From the NCBI GenBank assembly GCA_001938485.1, contig MQRK01019757.1, positions 1-55,081 on the forward strand: a stretch of DNA of 55,081 bases, read 5' to 3'. Every line of letters begins with the position of its first letter. Position 1 is the first letter of the stretch. The position numbers were made by a program, and so were the translations under genes. Source of the DNA: Girardia tigrina (lineage: Eukaryota). The notes below the pieces were generated by a model. That model did no database searches and was not told the DNA's origin. It saw nothing but the letters and a program-made list of their open reading frames with translations. Below, one piece after another: positions 1 to 13,932 of this stretch.

Positions 1-44
<44 letters not shown>
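1..44. repeat. (AT)n microsatellite
   Basis: Perfect AT dinucleotide run at the window start. Confidence 0.97.
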
Positions 45-46
<2 letters not shown>

Positions 47-3000
47 AAATATACAACCGAAGAAATGATAAATAGATCAGGTGATGAAAAAATTATCTTT
101 CATAAAACAAACCTAACTTTTAATTAATTGGATTTTAAATTAAATATTATAGTATTAGTCTAATATTGTTTTTACTAGAAGGTTTAAATGATTACTTTTA
201 ACATGGTAACATCAAATAGAAATACAAGCTTAACCATCTTGAGCTACTATTAATTTTATTTTCACCACAATAAAGGAAGTCATTCACATCAAAAATGATT
301 TATTTTATCCAATTTTTACAAATAATAATTAATATTTCAAAATGTATTTTAAAAACAATGAAACAAGTCTGTGACCGAATAATAAAATAGGATATCTTTG
401 AAGTCGGTAATTGAGAAAGATCTATGAGGATTTGTAAATCCATTTTACTAGCCAAGTGGTTCAATTTGCTCAGTCAGAATTCCGAGTTTTTAAACATTTT
501 TTGAATTCTTTTTCTTTTTAATCTCAATATCATAATTTTCATATTATTATTTAAATATACTTGAATTTTAGTGTTGCTAACATAGATGCGTTAAAGAAGT
601 TATGAGTCTACCATATAAAACATAATCATATTCAAAGTAAATTTATTTTTCGGTGAATGCAAATTATAATGACATGTTTTTTTTAAATATATTTCCATTT
701 ACTGAAAAATATTTTACAAAGCACAATATGGTTCTGAAAGGTTTTTTGAAGAATTTAAGCAGGTGGTTTAGAAAAAAGGTTCAGACTTTGGCCTTCATAT
801 CAACTTTAGTAGCAAAATGTTGACTTATGAAAACTTGATAAAAATGTTAAAGAAATAATGATCCGACAATACAAAAAACCACGCAAAAGATAGGACGGTA
901 TGGCAAAGTGAGGCGACAATCCTGTCCTTCAGGACCAGTTGTTGTTGCAAACGTCCGTCTCAGAGAAGTGAGTGAATATCACACCTTTTACATAAAAATC
1001 TGGGTGCTTATGACATCTTTTTAGAAATGTTTTCTTACTCAAAGCTTCCTGACAGCTTCCACTCTTATGATTCACACCTTGATTCAATTATGTAAAGAGC
1101 AGAAATGTTTTATGCATGGCTATAATGTTTTGCGAGAAGCGGCGTTCAACATTTTAAGAGATTCATGTTTTTCTGATATGAAATGACGATATTGTATCTA
1201 CATCGTTGAAAACAACGAACAAAACAAAAAAAATCCAGCTGTAGCATTTATTGATTGAAGAGTATCTTTGCAAATATTGTTTTTTTGCAAACCTCATTGT
1301 TAGTTCTCTGGGAGTACAAACTCTGGAACGAGTGTATGAGTTTGGCCGATATTTCTTCACCAATGTCTAATGGTAAGAATCCACTAAACACAGACATTTG
1401 AACATCCCAAATATTGTTTAACTATCCCTTGACATTATCTATTGATGACATTTCTTAATCATTATTAGAACTCAAATCTACAAATATTTCTTCACAAAAT
1501 TGTTTCCATGAACAAGAGGCAAAAATTTTAAAAATGAAAAAATTAAATATTAAAAAAGACAAAAGGATGTAATAATAAATCTTTTGTTATGGGAAATAAA
1601 TTTTATTGGAATATGATTATGTTTTTTTTATTGTTTCAATATTATTTTATTTTGAAGTTAAATTATTAATGTTCTTCACTGATATCAGTTAATATTGTGC
1701 ATGATTAAATGAGGCAAGTCTCATAAAATAGAAATGAAATACGTGTCAAATACAAAAGTAATAAAAATGTGAAATGTATTAATAAAAAATTTCTTACATC
1801 TTTGATCACCAATAAGGCTCCCCCGATCTAAAATAATAAAAAAATTAGATAAAAAAGATGTATTTTAAGTCAAATTACTCTTATGGTAAAATGAATATCT
1901 CTATTTTAGAATATAAAACATTGATTTTACAACCTCAATTTATATTATTGTTATATTATTGTATTAATATTAATGTTAGTTGAATGTTACTAAAAGACAA
2001 CCTTAATAAACCTTTTTTTAAATGTCATTTTCGTACATGTTTCCCTATTTTCTCTCATCATCAACAATAATAAATAATTTAAACACGTTTTTCAAATAAA
2101 AAATTATTTACTATTTACAATAATAGTAAAATATAACAAATTCCAAAATTAACAAAATCATGTTTATGTAATTAATGATTTAATGTAATAAGGCATTTTT
2201 AGGTCGCAAAATCTAACTGTAAATTAGTCGGTTGAAGTGTCTTATTAATAATGATTCGCAGAAACGTCGAATAAGATTTGAATCAAAACAGTTTTGCAGA
2301 ACATAAACTCATTTTTGGAAAATAATGAATAGACGAAACCGAAATAGACTATTCTTATAAAATATCTTGGGGTCCAGACCCTCACTCGATCAACTCGGTT
2401 GTGAATACTCATTAAGGAAAGTTTTGAGATGACGATTTATCTCTCGAGTGCAAGACTTTTAAATCTGTGACAAATAAATTAATAAAACATATTAATTCAC
2501 TACCGAAAACCGTTTTTCCATTTATTTTAGATGAAGCCTTTCAGTTTTAGTGTGATTGAAAAAAATCTTGTCACTACTTACATTGTTCTCATTACCCTCC
2601 TTAAATATTTTAAACATTTTAAAGTGTAATGCCTTAATGATATGTTTGTTTTATTCTTTTTTAATCTTTAATAATCGACGATTACATTTGTGACGCAGCA
2701 AAGTTTAAAGAAGTGTACACTTTTTGTTTATGGCTATGCTATTATAATTTTTGAGGCAAATTAGGCTTTATCAGGAGTCTTTTATTATTGTAAGGCTTGT
2801 GAAAGAATACAAAAACTGAAAATGTTTGAGAACCACTGTACTAAAAGGAATGGTCAAATGTACGATCAATGGAATCCTGAGGTTTTACTTCATCTCATCA
2901 AAATACAATAACGGGTCTCAAAGCAAAAAAAATCTCAATAAGATCACTAAATTTGATTTTTGCTTTTTGTTATAATCAAAAATTAACAAAAAAACTTTTC

Positions 3001-5263
3001 CCTAATATTTCATACTGGTCTCTAATAGCTATAAGGATATTACTAGGAGATTAGCAAACTAAAATGTTTGGAAACACTGATTTAAATCATTAATTTATTT
3101 ATTTTTTCACTGAATTTCTTCGCCAAATTTTAATAGCGTTTAGCCTTAATTTATTTCAGTATTAACATAATATTAGTCATTAATTATTTACTCTGATCAT
3201 AATAATTTATTATTTTGGAATGTACACAATTTCTACACAGACATCTATTTTAAAATTAAATAAGTAAAGTTACTTTTATCTCACTTTTTGATTTTATTCG
3301 AAATATTTATATAAATATGTAAAAATAATAATACTCTATAAAAAATAACTTATCTTTTTTTATTTTTGTTGCCATTTTATAAGTGTTTTTGTTGAATTTA
3401 TTAAAAAACCTAAAATTCCATCCAGAGTATTTCTAGTCACGTTAATCTTATAAAATTTCAGATTGTCGTCAGAATAAATTTAACAAATATGGAATACAGC
3501 TTAAACATTTCATTAAAAAAATATAAAATATGAATAAAAGTTATTAAATAAAAAATATATTTATTGCCAAACATAGTATTAAATTATTCTATAATAAATT
3601 TGACATTTTAATTTGTTTTCGATGTCACGATAAAACATTAACTCTGTATAAAATATTTTTAAATTTATAAAATATTATTTTTACTTTCTATTTTTTCATC
3701 GAATTTAAAAAATAATATATCGTATAATGTATATTGAAAATAATTTTAAACTGTGATCACAAATAATTGATAATAGAAAATCTTTTATTAGAAAAAAATA
3801 ATTATACGAATAAAGCGAAGATAAAGTGGTAGAGATTTTCAAGAAAAATGTAAAATATTTGCAAAAAAAAATAATTTACATTTTTTTTATTTTTTATTTT
3901 TTTTTAAATACGTTAAATATAATTGAGACAGTTTTTAAATTCAGAAAACATATTTCCTCTCTCTTAAACATTTCATCCATTATTTTTGGATGAAATGGGA
4001 TAGATAGAGAGAAAATTGAAAAATAAAAATTAAATTAATTTATTATGTTTTATCCAGAAAAATGAAATCATTAATTAAGTTAAAATTTGTAAAATAACAT
4101 TAAATTTTATCACATTATTTATTAAAGTAATTATTTAAAATTAACTATTAATTAAACTGTAATGTAATTTTCATTGACTATTCAAACAAACTTTTTACTA
4201 CTCATAAAAAGTTAAAAGTTTTTAATATTCCTATTTTTCTTTAGAGATTAATACAAATTATTTAAACATTTTTGAATATCTAACTAAAAATAATAATTAA
4301 AAAATATATTAATAGAAAAAAATAAAATATCTTAAAAATATCTTAAATTTGATCTTCCACAAATTCATTATGTTAATACAATAAAGCAATACAAAGCTGT
4401 TGTTAAAAAATTAATTATTGAAAAGCTATGTAGTTTCAAAGACAAAATAAGGGATTCAAATTAATGCAATGAAGTAATGGAAAATTTTAATTGAAATTGA
4501 TCATAAAGTACTTCGCGGTCTGCAAGACTCACTTCTAATTCAACGAAGATATAAAAGTACTAAATAATTAACTATAACCATTCCATATACACGCATAGGA
4601 TTTATTACCACTAATGTTTGTAGAGAAGTTTCACTTTGTCTTCTAAAAAAATGTGAGCTTGCGTATTTAAGACCATCTATTGAAGAGTGTGAAGAAGCAC
4701 GTCGGAAGATTATGTGGTCCATGCAAATAAACTATTAAAATTCTACATTTCGCTATCACTCGAATTGTACGACGGGTAAAATTTTGATTAAACAACCTAG
4801 CCCTAGTCTATTGCAGCCGTGTTAATCCTTTTCAATGTCACCGTCTTAAATATTGAATCGGCTCTATTTTGTTCATTTTAAATGTTTATTAATTAGTTGT
4901 ATTCATTATCAATAATGATTCACAGAACTGTTTCTCATAGTGTGAATCAAAACCCTTCTGTAAAACAGAAATCTGATCCTTTGAAAAAGAAGAGATTCCA
5001 ATTTTACAATGTAACCAATAATCTAGAACCTTATTTGATCGATTTGATTGTGAACACTACTAATATTATTGATAATAATCTTCTTCAGTGCTTTAAATCC
5101 CTCAAAATATAAAGTATGGATATAAAAAAATTGTTTTTGATTTACTAGTTCCTTTCTCAAACCGTGTTTGTGTATATAACTTGTTCGATGTAACCTTAAT
5201 TTGGTGATTTATTCGTTTGTTTATATAAATGTTATCTCTCAAGTGTCCTGCAGTAAAACTTAC

Positions 5264-5722
5264 TGTGAGGAATGTTCTGATTTGTTACTTGTTTTATATT
5301 TTGCCTATTGTATGTTGAGTCGGATTTCGTCTCTCCCGCCTAGATGACTGATTGGTATTTCCTTTGATTCCTACTGATTGAAAATTATTTAATTTAATTT
5401 TAAAGTAAAAATATTTAAAATATTTTTGAAATGTAATAATATTTAAAAATATTAAGATTTTAAAAATAATATTTACTTTATTTAATTTAAAATTTTAATT
5501 TAATTGAAAAAAATGTAAAGATGTAATTTTAAACAATAGGAGTTTTGATAACTAATTAATATTATAATAATTTTTCAATTTGTTTTCAAAAGAACTAGGG
5601 TGACAGAAATATATTAATCAAGAAAAAATTTTAATAGCGAAAGTAGTTGAATAATTGTTGTAAGGACAATTTTACTTCTGATATTAATAAATGTTCCAAA
5701 AATCATATTGATGTTGTTAATA
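5264..5722 (+). mobile_element. Solo LTR of the Ty3/Gypsy family at 29444-32570
   Basis: Starts TGTGAGGAATG, ends CATATTGATGTTGTTAATA. Perfect 5-bp TSD CTTAC (5259-5263, 5723-5727). AATAAA at 5686-5691. Aligns with the PBS-adjacent LTR at 32157-32570 (minus). Confidence 0.92.
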
Positions 5723-5986
5723 CTTACATTTGTTAATCCTTTGAGGACCAAGAAACAAAAAAAGTAATTATAGAGATGTTTTTATTGAAACATATTTTTA
5801 AAAACAATATTGAAATTTAAAAAAAAAATCACAAAAATAAAATGTCATGACAATACAACCAGTATTATAGTTTTTCATTGGAACAAATTGACTGCTAATT
5901 TACTTGTAATCAAAAGGTTGTTTCATTAAGAAACAAAGGGACCTCAAAGGGTCAAAACTAATAAATATTAAATTACAATTACTGAT

Positions 5987-6435
5987 TGTGAGGAGTATTT
6001 GGAACGCTGTATTGTTTGCACGTTTGAATGTTGTGTGACGATTTGGGATTGTGTCTCTCCTAATCAGAAATAACACATTAATTCTTAAAATCTGAAACTA
6101 ATTTATTCAAATTTAGATTTAATATTGAAATTTTTAATTATTATAATTGTAAATTTTAAATGATTTTCTTAATTTTATTTTTGTAAATTTGTAAATAATT
6201 AAATCAAATTAATATTATTAAATGATAATAAAAAGGGTTTTTCTTTTAACCAATAACATTTGAAGAAAATATTTTTAATAAAATATATTTGTTCAAGTCA
6301 GTTCAGATTTTGGAATGAGAAGTTTTAAACATTGAGTGATGAATTTATGCGAAAGCAATATTACGGATTGTCATGTTGATGATCCAAATTGTGAATGTAA
6401 ACATTATTTTACCAAATGTATGAGTTCTCTTAACA
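5987..6435 (+). mobile_element. Solo LTR (related Gypsy-type family, TG...CA)
   Basis: Starts TGTGAGGAG, shares the GGATTGTGTCTCTCCTA motif with the other LTRs, ends TTAACA. Perfect 5-bp TSD CTGAT (5982-5986, 6436-6440). 449 bp. Confidence 0.85.
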
Positions 6436-6535
6436 CTGATAACTTGAAACTTCAAAAACACGTACAATAATCAATTTCTTTGGACAGTTTTAACAAGTTA
6501 TTTTTCATAAATATCAAATTAGCGCTCACAAGACT

Positions 6536-6623
6536 CTAAAATACCTAAACATAAATTAGTTTTTAAATTTATTTCTAAAATACCTAAACATAAATTTGTT
6601 TTTTAAATTTATTTCTAAAATAC
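6536..6623. repeat. Short tandem duplication (~39-40 bp unit, about 2.2 copies)
   Basis: CTAAAATACCTAAACATAAATT...TTTTAAATTTATTT repeated in tandem. Confidence 0.8.
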
Positions 6624-6694
6624 AAATTTTATATTAATATTTCAGTTATTTTATTAATCATTTGAATAATAAAAATTTCATATAAATGGTTAAC

Positions 6695-6928
6695 CATCTA
6701 TTAACGTTGAAAGACATTCTAATACTAAGAACGATGTTTTGAAATCATTTTCCTGAATGATGATAATTTAAATGATATTCATACCTGTTTTAAGCAAAGT
6801 TTGTTTACAGAGCGACTTCTGTTTTTAATTCCGATAACTCTTGATTTTAAACATTCAAAGTCTTCAAAGTTTTCTGAATCACAACTTTCATTTTCAGGAG
6901 TCGTTAAACGATCGTCAAAATTGTCCAT
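6695..6928 (-). other. Candidate spliced host gene or pseudogene exons with a 32-nt intron, product unknown
   Basis: ATG at 6928 opens 48 codons (MDNFDDRLTTPENESC...KLCLKQ). A GTATGA...TTCAG segment (6784-6753) follows, then in-frame ENDFKTSFLVLECLSTLID and another GT. No homology recognised. Confidence 0.3.
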
Positions 6929-9900
6929 TGTAATATAATAAGACGTTGGTATTGGATGACTGATAAAAAAAATTTAAAATAATTTATTTCTTTTTATATA
7001 AAAAATATAAAAATATATATGGCAATTTGATTTCATTTAGAATTTTTTTAAAATATCTTATATTTTTTTCTAAATAAATTAACAGTTGAAAATTTTATTG
7101 TACAATTTTAATCTGAAACTGATTTGTTTTTGTGACTTCAATCAATTGAGAATCAAAAAAAGATTTATTACTTTTATACTGTTTTTACGTATTTCTTATT
7201 GAGTTTTATAAAAAAAATTTTTCTCTGAAAATCTGATTAAAATAATCTTTTTTTAATTCAACAAAATTTTCTTTATTAAACAATGGATTTTATTTCAGCA
7301 ATTACTATTTAATTTTTGTCAAGTTTGGTTGGTTTTTCATTAGTTTATCTTTATTAATCATTTTGTGAATATGCCTAAAATATGCAAAAATGTTTTTGAT
7401 AAATTCATTTTTTTCACTTGTTTTTCTGACTTAATAATCATTTTACCGCTCTCTATTATTTATTTGTTTTTTTATGATAATTTTTTTTAATTTCGGAAAT
7501 ATATTTTCTATTAAATCAAATTTTAAATATTTTATTTATCTCAGAAAGTGTTATTCGAAAATTTTTTTATCATATTCATTATCATAATTAATTAATTTAT
7601 TTATTTTATCATACATTTTATTTATCTTAAAAATTATATTTTAAAATGAAAATATTTCTTCTTAATGATTTGTGATCTTTATTTGAAAATCATAATTATT
7701 CTACTTTAATTTAAAATATTTCGAAAATTAGAAATTATATAGTCTAAAATAAGTTTTAAATAATTATTTTTTTACATAAATGTAAACTTTTAAAATCAAT
7801 TTTATATTATTGAAATCTCAATCAGGGAAAGGAAAATTAACTAAAGTTATAATTTTAAAAAGTATTTACTTTTTAAGCTGTAGTTAATGAACTTAATTTT
7901 CTTCTCTCAATAGATAAAATACATAACTTATAAACCAGAAAGTTAAATAATTATATTATAGTATAACACAATTAAGTATGTTGTTTTGACCACAATAAAA
8001 AAGAAAGTTTTCTGCGTTACAGATGTTAATTTTCTTCAGTAACAAACGACTATTTACTACAAGAGGTTTAAAATGGATTTCTATAATTATTTTTTCTTCT
8101 TTTTGTGTCTTCGCAAATGGCAATCATCAATCTTCGCATGCAGAGTTATGGCTATGGCTTGGTTGTATTTTGAAAGGTCTGTGAATTATAAGTAAAAAAA
8201 GTTGCAATTATGTAAATAGACAAATATCCACGATTTTCATTTGCTTGTTTCGTCTTAGTTCTTCTGACTACAGCTTGCAGCTCACTCTTGGGCTGTTGAA
8301 ACATTTAAGCTTTTTGCTTCCTCTGCTCACGCCTTGAGAACACCTGAGGGAGATGATGCCATATCCTCTTTCATAATTGACCAATAAATGTTTGGCAGGA
8401 ACTATAAGCCACTACCGTTATCTACCGACAGATCGGCAGCCTTGAGAATATTCCCCAACCTCCATCAACTTCAAAGAAAAAGAAATAAAATCTAAAATTA
8501 CCTAGGTTAAAAACAATTTTTTTAATAAAATTTATTCAATGAAAAAGTCTGATCAAGTCACAAATTCGGATGAATTTATACAGTTTTCCTTTACACTAAA
8601 ATTTCACAAAGCCCATAGCCGGACAATTCTCACAATCAACCTGCAATCATCCATCACTAAGTCAACAGTCAGCAGATAGAAACAACCCGGAGACGGCCGA
8701 AATTCCGATCAAATTTACCTCAACTAATCAGGTCATCAAATTCTCACAAGAAAATATTCATATCAACAGGATGCAAGGGTCAAAATAAATTAAAAGTTTC
8801 CCTTTTTTAATTAATTAATATTATCAATTATAATTATAATCTTTCATTTTTTAGATTCTGGGGGTTTTATCTTTTCTCACCTCGGTGCCGGTGCAATGAA
8901 TAGGCCTGAGGCCGAGTTGAAAAAAATCTTACTGGTCCCAACACTTAAAAGATCGTATCATAAAAACTGTAGGATTTTTTATGCATTGATATTATACTTT
9001 CAAGTTATGAAAATTCACGTTCGAGTAATTCGTCTAGGAGCAATTATTTCGGAAAGCAATTATCTTTATAATTATCTTTTTCCTCGAGCGGTCACATAAT
9101 GTAGGATTGATAAAATATAAATTTAGGTATCTTGTAACATGAATTATTAGAAGCCTTTCAAGTCTTTTTTTTAAAAGCAATATAAATAGTTATTGAATAT
9201 AAAAGCTTTTTCTTTATTAAGAACTTCAATATCATTTCCAATAACAATTCGAATTGTCTTTAGGACAACTCTCAACAAAACTTCCATCATTTTATATCAA
9301 AATATAATGATAAGACTGTTGAATTGGTCATTTAAAAATAATTATTCGAACAAAAAAATAATTTTATGGGTTTATTATTATTATATACATTTCAAGAAAC
9401 CCAATATTTTAATATTTTTAACAAAAAGTTTAAATTTTGAAATTTAATTAATTTTAATTAAAAATGTAAATCATGTTCGAACAATTATTCATCACAGACG
9501 CCCAAATATCAATTTTCCTTCTTTGGGGAAGAAACATATTTTCAAATAAACAACTCAACATTCAAAATTTAAAATATTCCTAACAGTCTTAATTGTTTGT
9601 AATTGATTTTATATTGATTTGTTTTATTTTTGAAAAACTAACCTTTGTAAATAAAAGCAAAAGTAATTGACATTATCTATTATTTATTATAATATATATT
9701 GTTTTTTTTTAATTAAATTTAATTTAAGTAGAAATTTTTAATTCTGACGTTTAATAGCTTAACAATATTATCCTCAGTGAGATGAATTTTGTTTTTCTTA
9801 GTGTTGAGTTCTAAATTATATACAGATTATATATTATATATTATATACAGTCCTAAATTATATATATTTCCTTACAGAATTTATCGTTATATGAAAATGC

Positions 9901-10424
9901 GGAGGGATCGGAATTTTTTAAAGCAAATTCATTATCAAACAATTGTGATTTTCATCTTTGAAAAGTTTGATTTACTAAAAAAACTTAAATAAATCTTAGA
10001 AATGACAATAGTTTTGATTTTCTAAATTTTTGGAGATTAATTATGACATTGATTCAAAATTTGGTATTTGAGAATATTTTCTTTTTGGAAACATAATGAA
10101 ATAATTTGATAATTTAAAATGAAAATTAGTTGAAAAATTGAAAATAATTATTTATTTAAAAAAAACTATTGTAATTGAATTGCCTATTGTGTAATAATAG
10201 GTATTTTTGTTATTTTTTATTTTTTCAATTTTTTAATAATTTATTAATTTAAAATAATTCAATTATCTTATTTACATACTTTTTATTTTTCTTTTTGTAA
10301 TAATTTTACTGAAATTTTAACACTTATTCTTTCTTCTCCCACCACCATAATTATTATCCAAAATATTAATTAATCAGATCATTCTACTGGATTCATACAA
10401 GCAAATGTCAGAATGTATACAAGA

Positions 10425-10690
10425 AAAAATGTTTTTTGAAGCATATCGACGATGATACATAAACTCGCAAAGATATGAATCAAGTAAATTTTGATGAATT
10501 CCACATCGTTTCTGTATTTTTTATTTGGCGGGACTCCATATTCCTTCTACTTTAATTTTTGGGCACATGTGTTTGGATCAACAAAATTATCCTCGTAGTT
10601 CACTGCAAGATGCTGAAAATTGTAGTCCGGTATTGTTGTTATGTTTGAATACTCATGCCTACAATCTGTTACAATAGTAAAACCAATTTT
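10425..10690 (-). mobile_element. Merlin/IS1595-family transposase remnant
   Basis: IVTDCRHEYSNI...FQHLAVNYEDNFVDPNT, then shifted VEGIWSPAK...LDSYLCEFMYHRRY. Matches the ISXO2-like motifs TD..xY, HxxVNHxxxFVDP, ExxW and SYLxEFMWR. Confidence 0.85.
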
Positions 10691-10724
10691 AATGCTTGAT
10701 GTGAAAAAAGGATATCTAGCAATG

Positions 10725-10910
10725 ATCAATCAAAAACGAGTATTATTGCAGCAAAGCGATGCTTCTTCGCATATTGTAGCTTTACCAAAACAGAAAATTC
10801 AAGATCTGTTTTTTAAACGGTTGCCCCACAGCATGTATTATTCAGTAATTGGTCCATCAGATTTTCATTTTTTCAGAACAATGTCTAACTTTTTGCGTGG
10901 TAGTAAACTT
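10725..10910 (+). mobile_element. Mariner transposase 3' remnant
   Basis: VLLQQSDASSH...LPHSMYYSVIGPSDFHFFRTMSNFLRG resembles mariner HDNARPH...LPHPPYSPDLAPSDFHLFRSLQNFLRG. Confidence 0.8.
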
Positions 10911-12409
10911 GAAATTTATACTTTTAACTATTGAATGTTCCGTTTTTATTTTTACAATTTAATTTTCCAGAGTATGCATTCGAGAACTAAAAGTACAATC
11001 AACGTATCTTTAATAGGTTTTAATGTTGAAAGGTCTCTCTGAAATGTGTAAATATCCGTTATAGATAAACATACTTGTCACAAAAAGTTCAATTCTATTT
11101 CCTTGCATATAGCTTGTTTTCTTAATAATTATTTATTATTTTACTATTATTTATTCCCTTAAAATACAATTACGGTATTTCTTCAGAGACCCAACCAGAA
11201 CTAAAAGGGTTTAATTCGGATTTCCTGGACTTTGATTTGTTTTCAATTTGTTATTTTTAAAAGATTTATAAAATGAGTCATTAAAACCCCTTAAAAAGGG
11301 ACAATTTAATAATAGTTAAAGGGTCAATTTAATACTTTAGTCTATTTTTGTATATCTTAAAATGTATTTTATGAAAATACAATAATTTATTCAAATTTAT
11401 GTCAAATTCTTTTTCCTAATTAATATTCATTATTTGTATTTGTTCGTTTATTTCTTGATTTCTAAATATCCCCTGTGGGAATTTTATAATAATTATATAA
11501 ATGCCTCTATCTTTAAATAATGCTCTCTTAATTAAAACAATGTGACTATTATTTCTGAGTTGGAAAAATTATTTTTTTTTGAATATTTCTTTGAAAAAGT
11601 TAAAAATTAAAAAACAACTATTTTGAATTCAGATGAGTTCAGATATTTCGTTCGTTCCCATTTGTACCTATTACTTGTTTATGATATTTTTAAATTTAGT
11701 ACTCGACAGAACATTTTAATGAATGAGGTTTAATTTTAAGGTTTCTTAAATTATTGTTTTTGATTATCCAAATGAGGGAACTTAATAAAATTATATTTGA
11801 AACTCTAAGTATTATGTTTAATAAAACCTTATTAATTTGTAGTTTTGTAAAATACATTTAATATCTTATCTTCTTTAAAAATTAAGTAATTTTGTTAATA
11901 TATAATGGAAATTATTATCCCCCAATATTTTAATTACTTAATGCGGATAAAGATTGGAGATTAATTTGATTTGATAAAAAATTTTAACAAAAATTATTTC
12001 ATAACAAAATATTTAAAATTTCATTATTAATTTTAAGTTAAATTTTTTTAACGAATTTATTAATTAAGCTTCAAAGTAGAAAGAGGAAAACTTATGGTTT
12101 CTGTTTACCAAAAACTTGAAATGAAAATTCTTTTTAATAGTCTTCAAAAAATTATAAACCTTTAAACATTTATTTTTATATTCTAAGACTGTCATATTAA
12201 AGATTTCGTTAAATTTTTGCAATATATTTTACTTTTAGTTCCTTTTTATTCATCTTATAAATTCATAATCTGTGGGTTTGGAAAAATACAATCACACCTT
12301 CAATAATGTAGTTATTTAAACATAAATGGAACTTATTGTTAAGCTTTAAAGTACACAAACATATTAATCAATAAATTTTAACATAAAAATTTGAATTATA
12401 ATATAATAC

Positions 12410-12900
12410 ATAAACTACTGTAAGAATTTTCATAACTTGGTCAGTTGGATATACTTATAAGTATTGATTTATCCATTGTTCTTAAATTCAAAATCTCGAG
12501 GTAAATCAAATTGCCGAGACTCGTGGAGAGACCGCAAATGTTATTATGCTAGTAGAAGAGCGCCTCGAGACACTCGAGATTGCTAATTATATATGGAATA
12601 GATGTGAACTTATTCTTACTGATACTGATATGATTAATGGTATCCAGACACCTCAACACATGACATTTTATCATACGACATTTCATCATATCTAACTCAT
12701 CATACCGACATTTCATCATACGACATTTTATCATACCGAAATTCATTCAATAAAAAAGAAAAAAAAATTATCGAGTTTTTTGCCAAACAAATATAATCAA
12801 ATAATTAAAAAATAAATTTAAAATAAAAAATTAATTATAATTTAATTTTAATATGATGAGGTGTCATGGAACCATGATTAATGTCATTCGCTGAAATAAA
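12410..12900 (-). pseudogene. Leucine-rich-repeat coding remnant, interrupted by a MITE
   Basis: INHISISKNKFTSIPYIISNLECLEALFY*HNNICGLSTSLGNLIYLEILNL gives two to three LxxLxLxxNxL/IxxLP-type repeats, with a stop, split by the 12639-12873 insertion. Confidence 0.55.
12639..12873. mobile_element. Mutator-like MITE (235 bp)
   Basis: GGTATCCAGACACCTCA...TGAGGTGTCATGGAACC TIRs. Perfect 9-bp TSD ATGATTAAT (12630-12638, 12874-12882). Internal ~15-bp repeats CGACATTT(C/T)ATCATA. Confidence 0.9.
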
Positions 12901-13103
12901 AATATTTTTTGGTAGATTTTTACTCCGCGACTTTTAAATATCAATTTACCGTTTTGTCGAATATGAAGATTGAGAGAAATTATCGATCATACTTTATTTT
13001 TTATAATTTTAAATCGAATACAATGAAAGACATTTTTTCAATTCATTATTTTATTATTTTTTTACAAATTTGTTTTTACATTGTTTCCATAAATATTATT
13101 CAA

Positions 13104-13464
13104 CTAGCGCGCTCGGCCCGCTTCGCGGCCCTCTCTTGCCGGGGGTTCAATGTTATTAGATCACGCGACTTTTTTCTGAAAGCATTTTTATTGAAAATTT
13201 CAGTGTTTCGAGTATAAAAAANNNNNNNNNNNNNNNNNNNNNNNTCTGTTTAATGCAAAGTTTGAAAATCATATCTCGAGACAAAATGATATTTAAGAAA
13301 TTACGGTTACAAAAATCGCATTCATTCTAATATCAGTCTAATATTTATTTATTAATATACAATCATTTATTTATTGATTATAAAATCATTTCAAAAATTT
13401 ACCTTACAGCGTTAGTGAGGCAGTGAGGCAGGCAGTGAGTGACTTGGGCTTTTATAAGATAAGA
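13104..13464 (-). mobile_element. Non-autonomous Helitron (spans an assembly gap)
   Basis: On the minus strand it begins A|TCTTATCTTATAAAAGCC and ends with the GC-rich hairpin GGCCGCGAAGCGGGCC followed by CTAG|T. No TSD. Confidence 0.75.
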
Positions 13465-13481
13465 TGACAAAAAAACATAAC

Positions 13482-13932
13482 TGTGAGGGATAATTTGGAA
13501 TTTTGTAAGTTTGTTGTTTGTATGCCGTTTAGATTTGTGACTCTCCTACTTAGATGGGATTGATATGTTTATTGATTGATTATTTGAATCTAATGAAAAT
13601 AATTTAATGATATTAATTTTAAGTACTAATTAATTAAAGTTTGATAATTATGAATTTTAATAATATTTTCAGTAAATGATTTTAACTTATTAAATGTAAT
13701 ATATTTTAAAAAATAATGTTTATTTAAAAAATTATGTAATGACTTTTATTCAATAAAAATTATGAAAAATTAAAATTTATTATTAAACTTTCCTATTCAT
13801 TGTTTTTTTTAGATTTGAATATATTAACAAAAAACTATATCAATCAAAGAAAGATGACCAATGAAAATTGTTGTGAAGAAACTGTTTGTGTCGTAAATAA
13901 ATGTTTGCATTCAAATTGTGATGTTGTTAATA
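13482..13932 (+). mobile_element. Solo LTR (TG...TA)
   Basis: Starts TGTGAGGGA, ends TGTGATGTTGTTAATA. Perfect TSD ATAAC (13477-13481, 13933-13937). AATAAA about 30 nt before the end. 451 bp. Confidence 0.9.

Noticed and set aside
8130-8800. GC-richer patches that look coding (e.g. VDGGWG)
   Set aside because: Stops interrupt the frames examined and no convincing domain motif was seen.
12549-12746. ORF with MIKCR/MMKCR peptide repeats, or a CRISPR-like array
   Set aside because: The repeats are the 15-bp subterminal units of the MITE, with no unique spacers, in a eukaryotic context.
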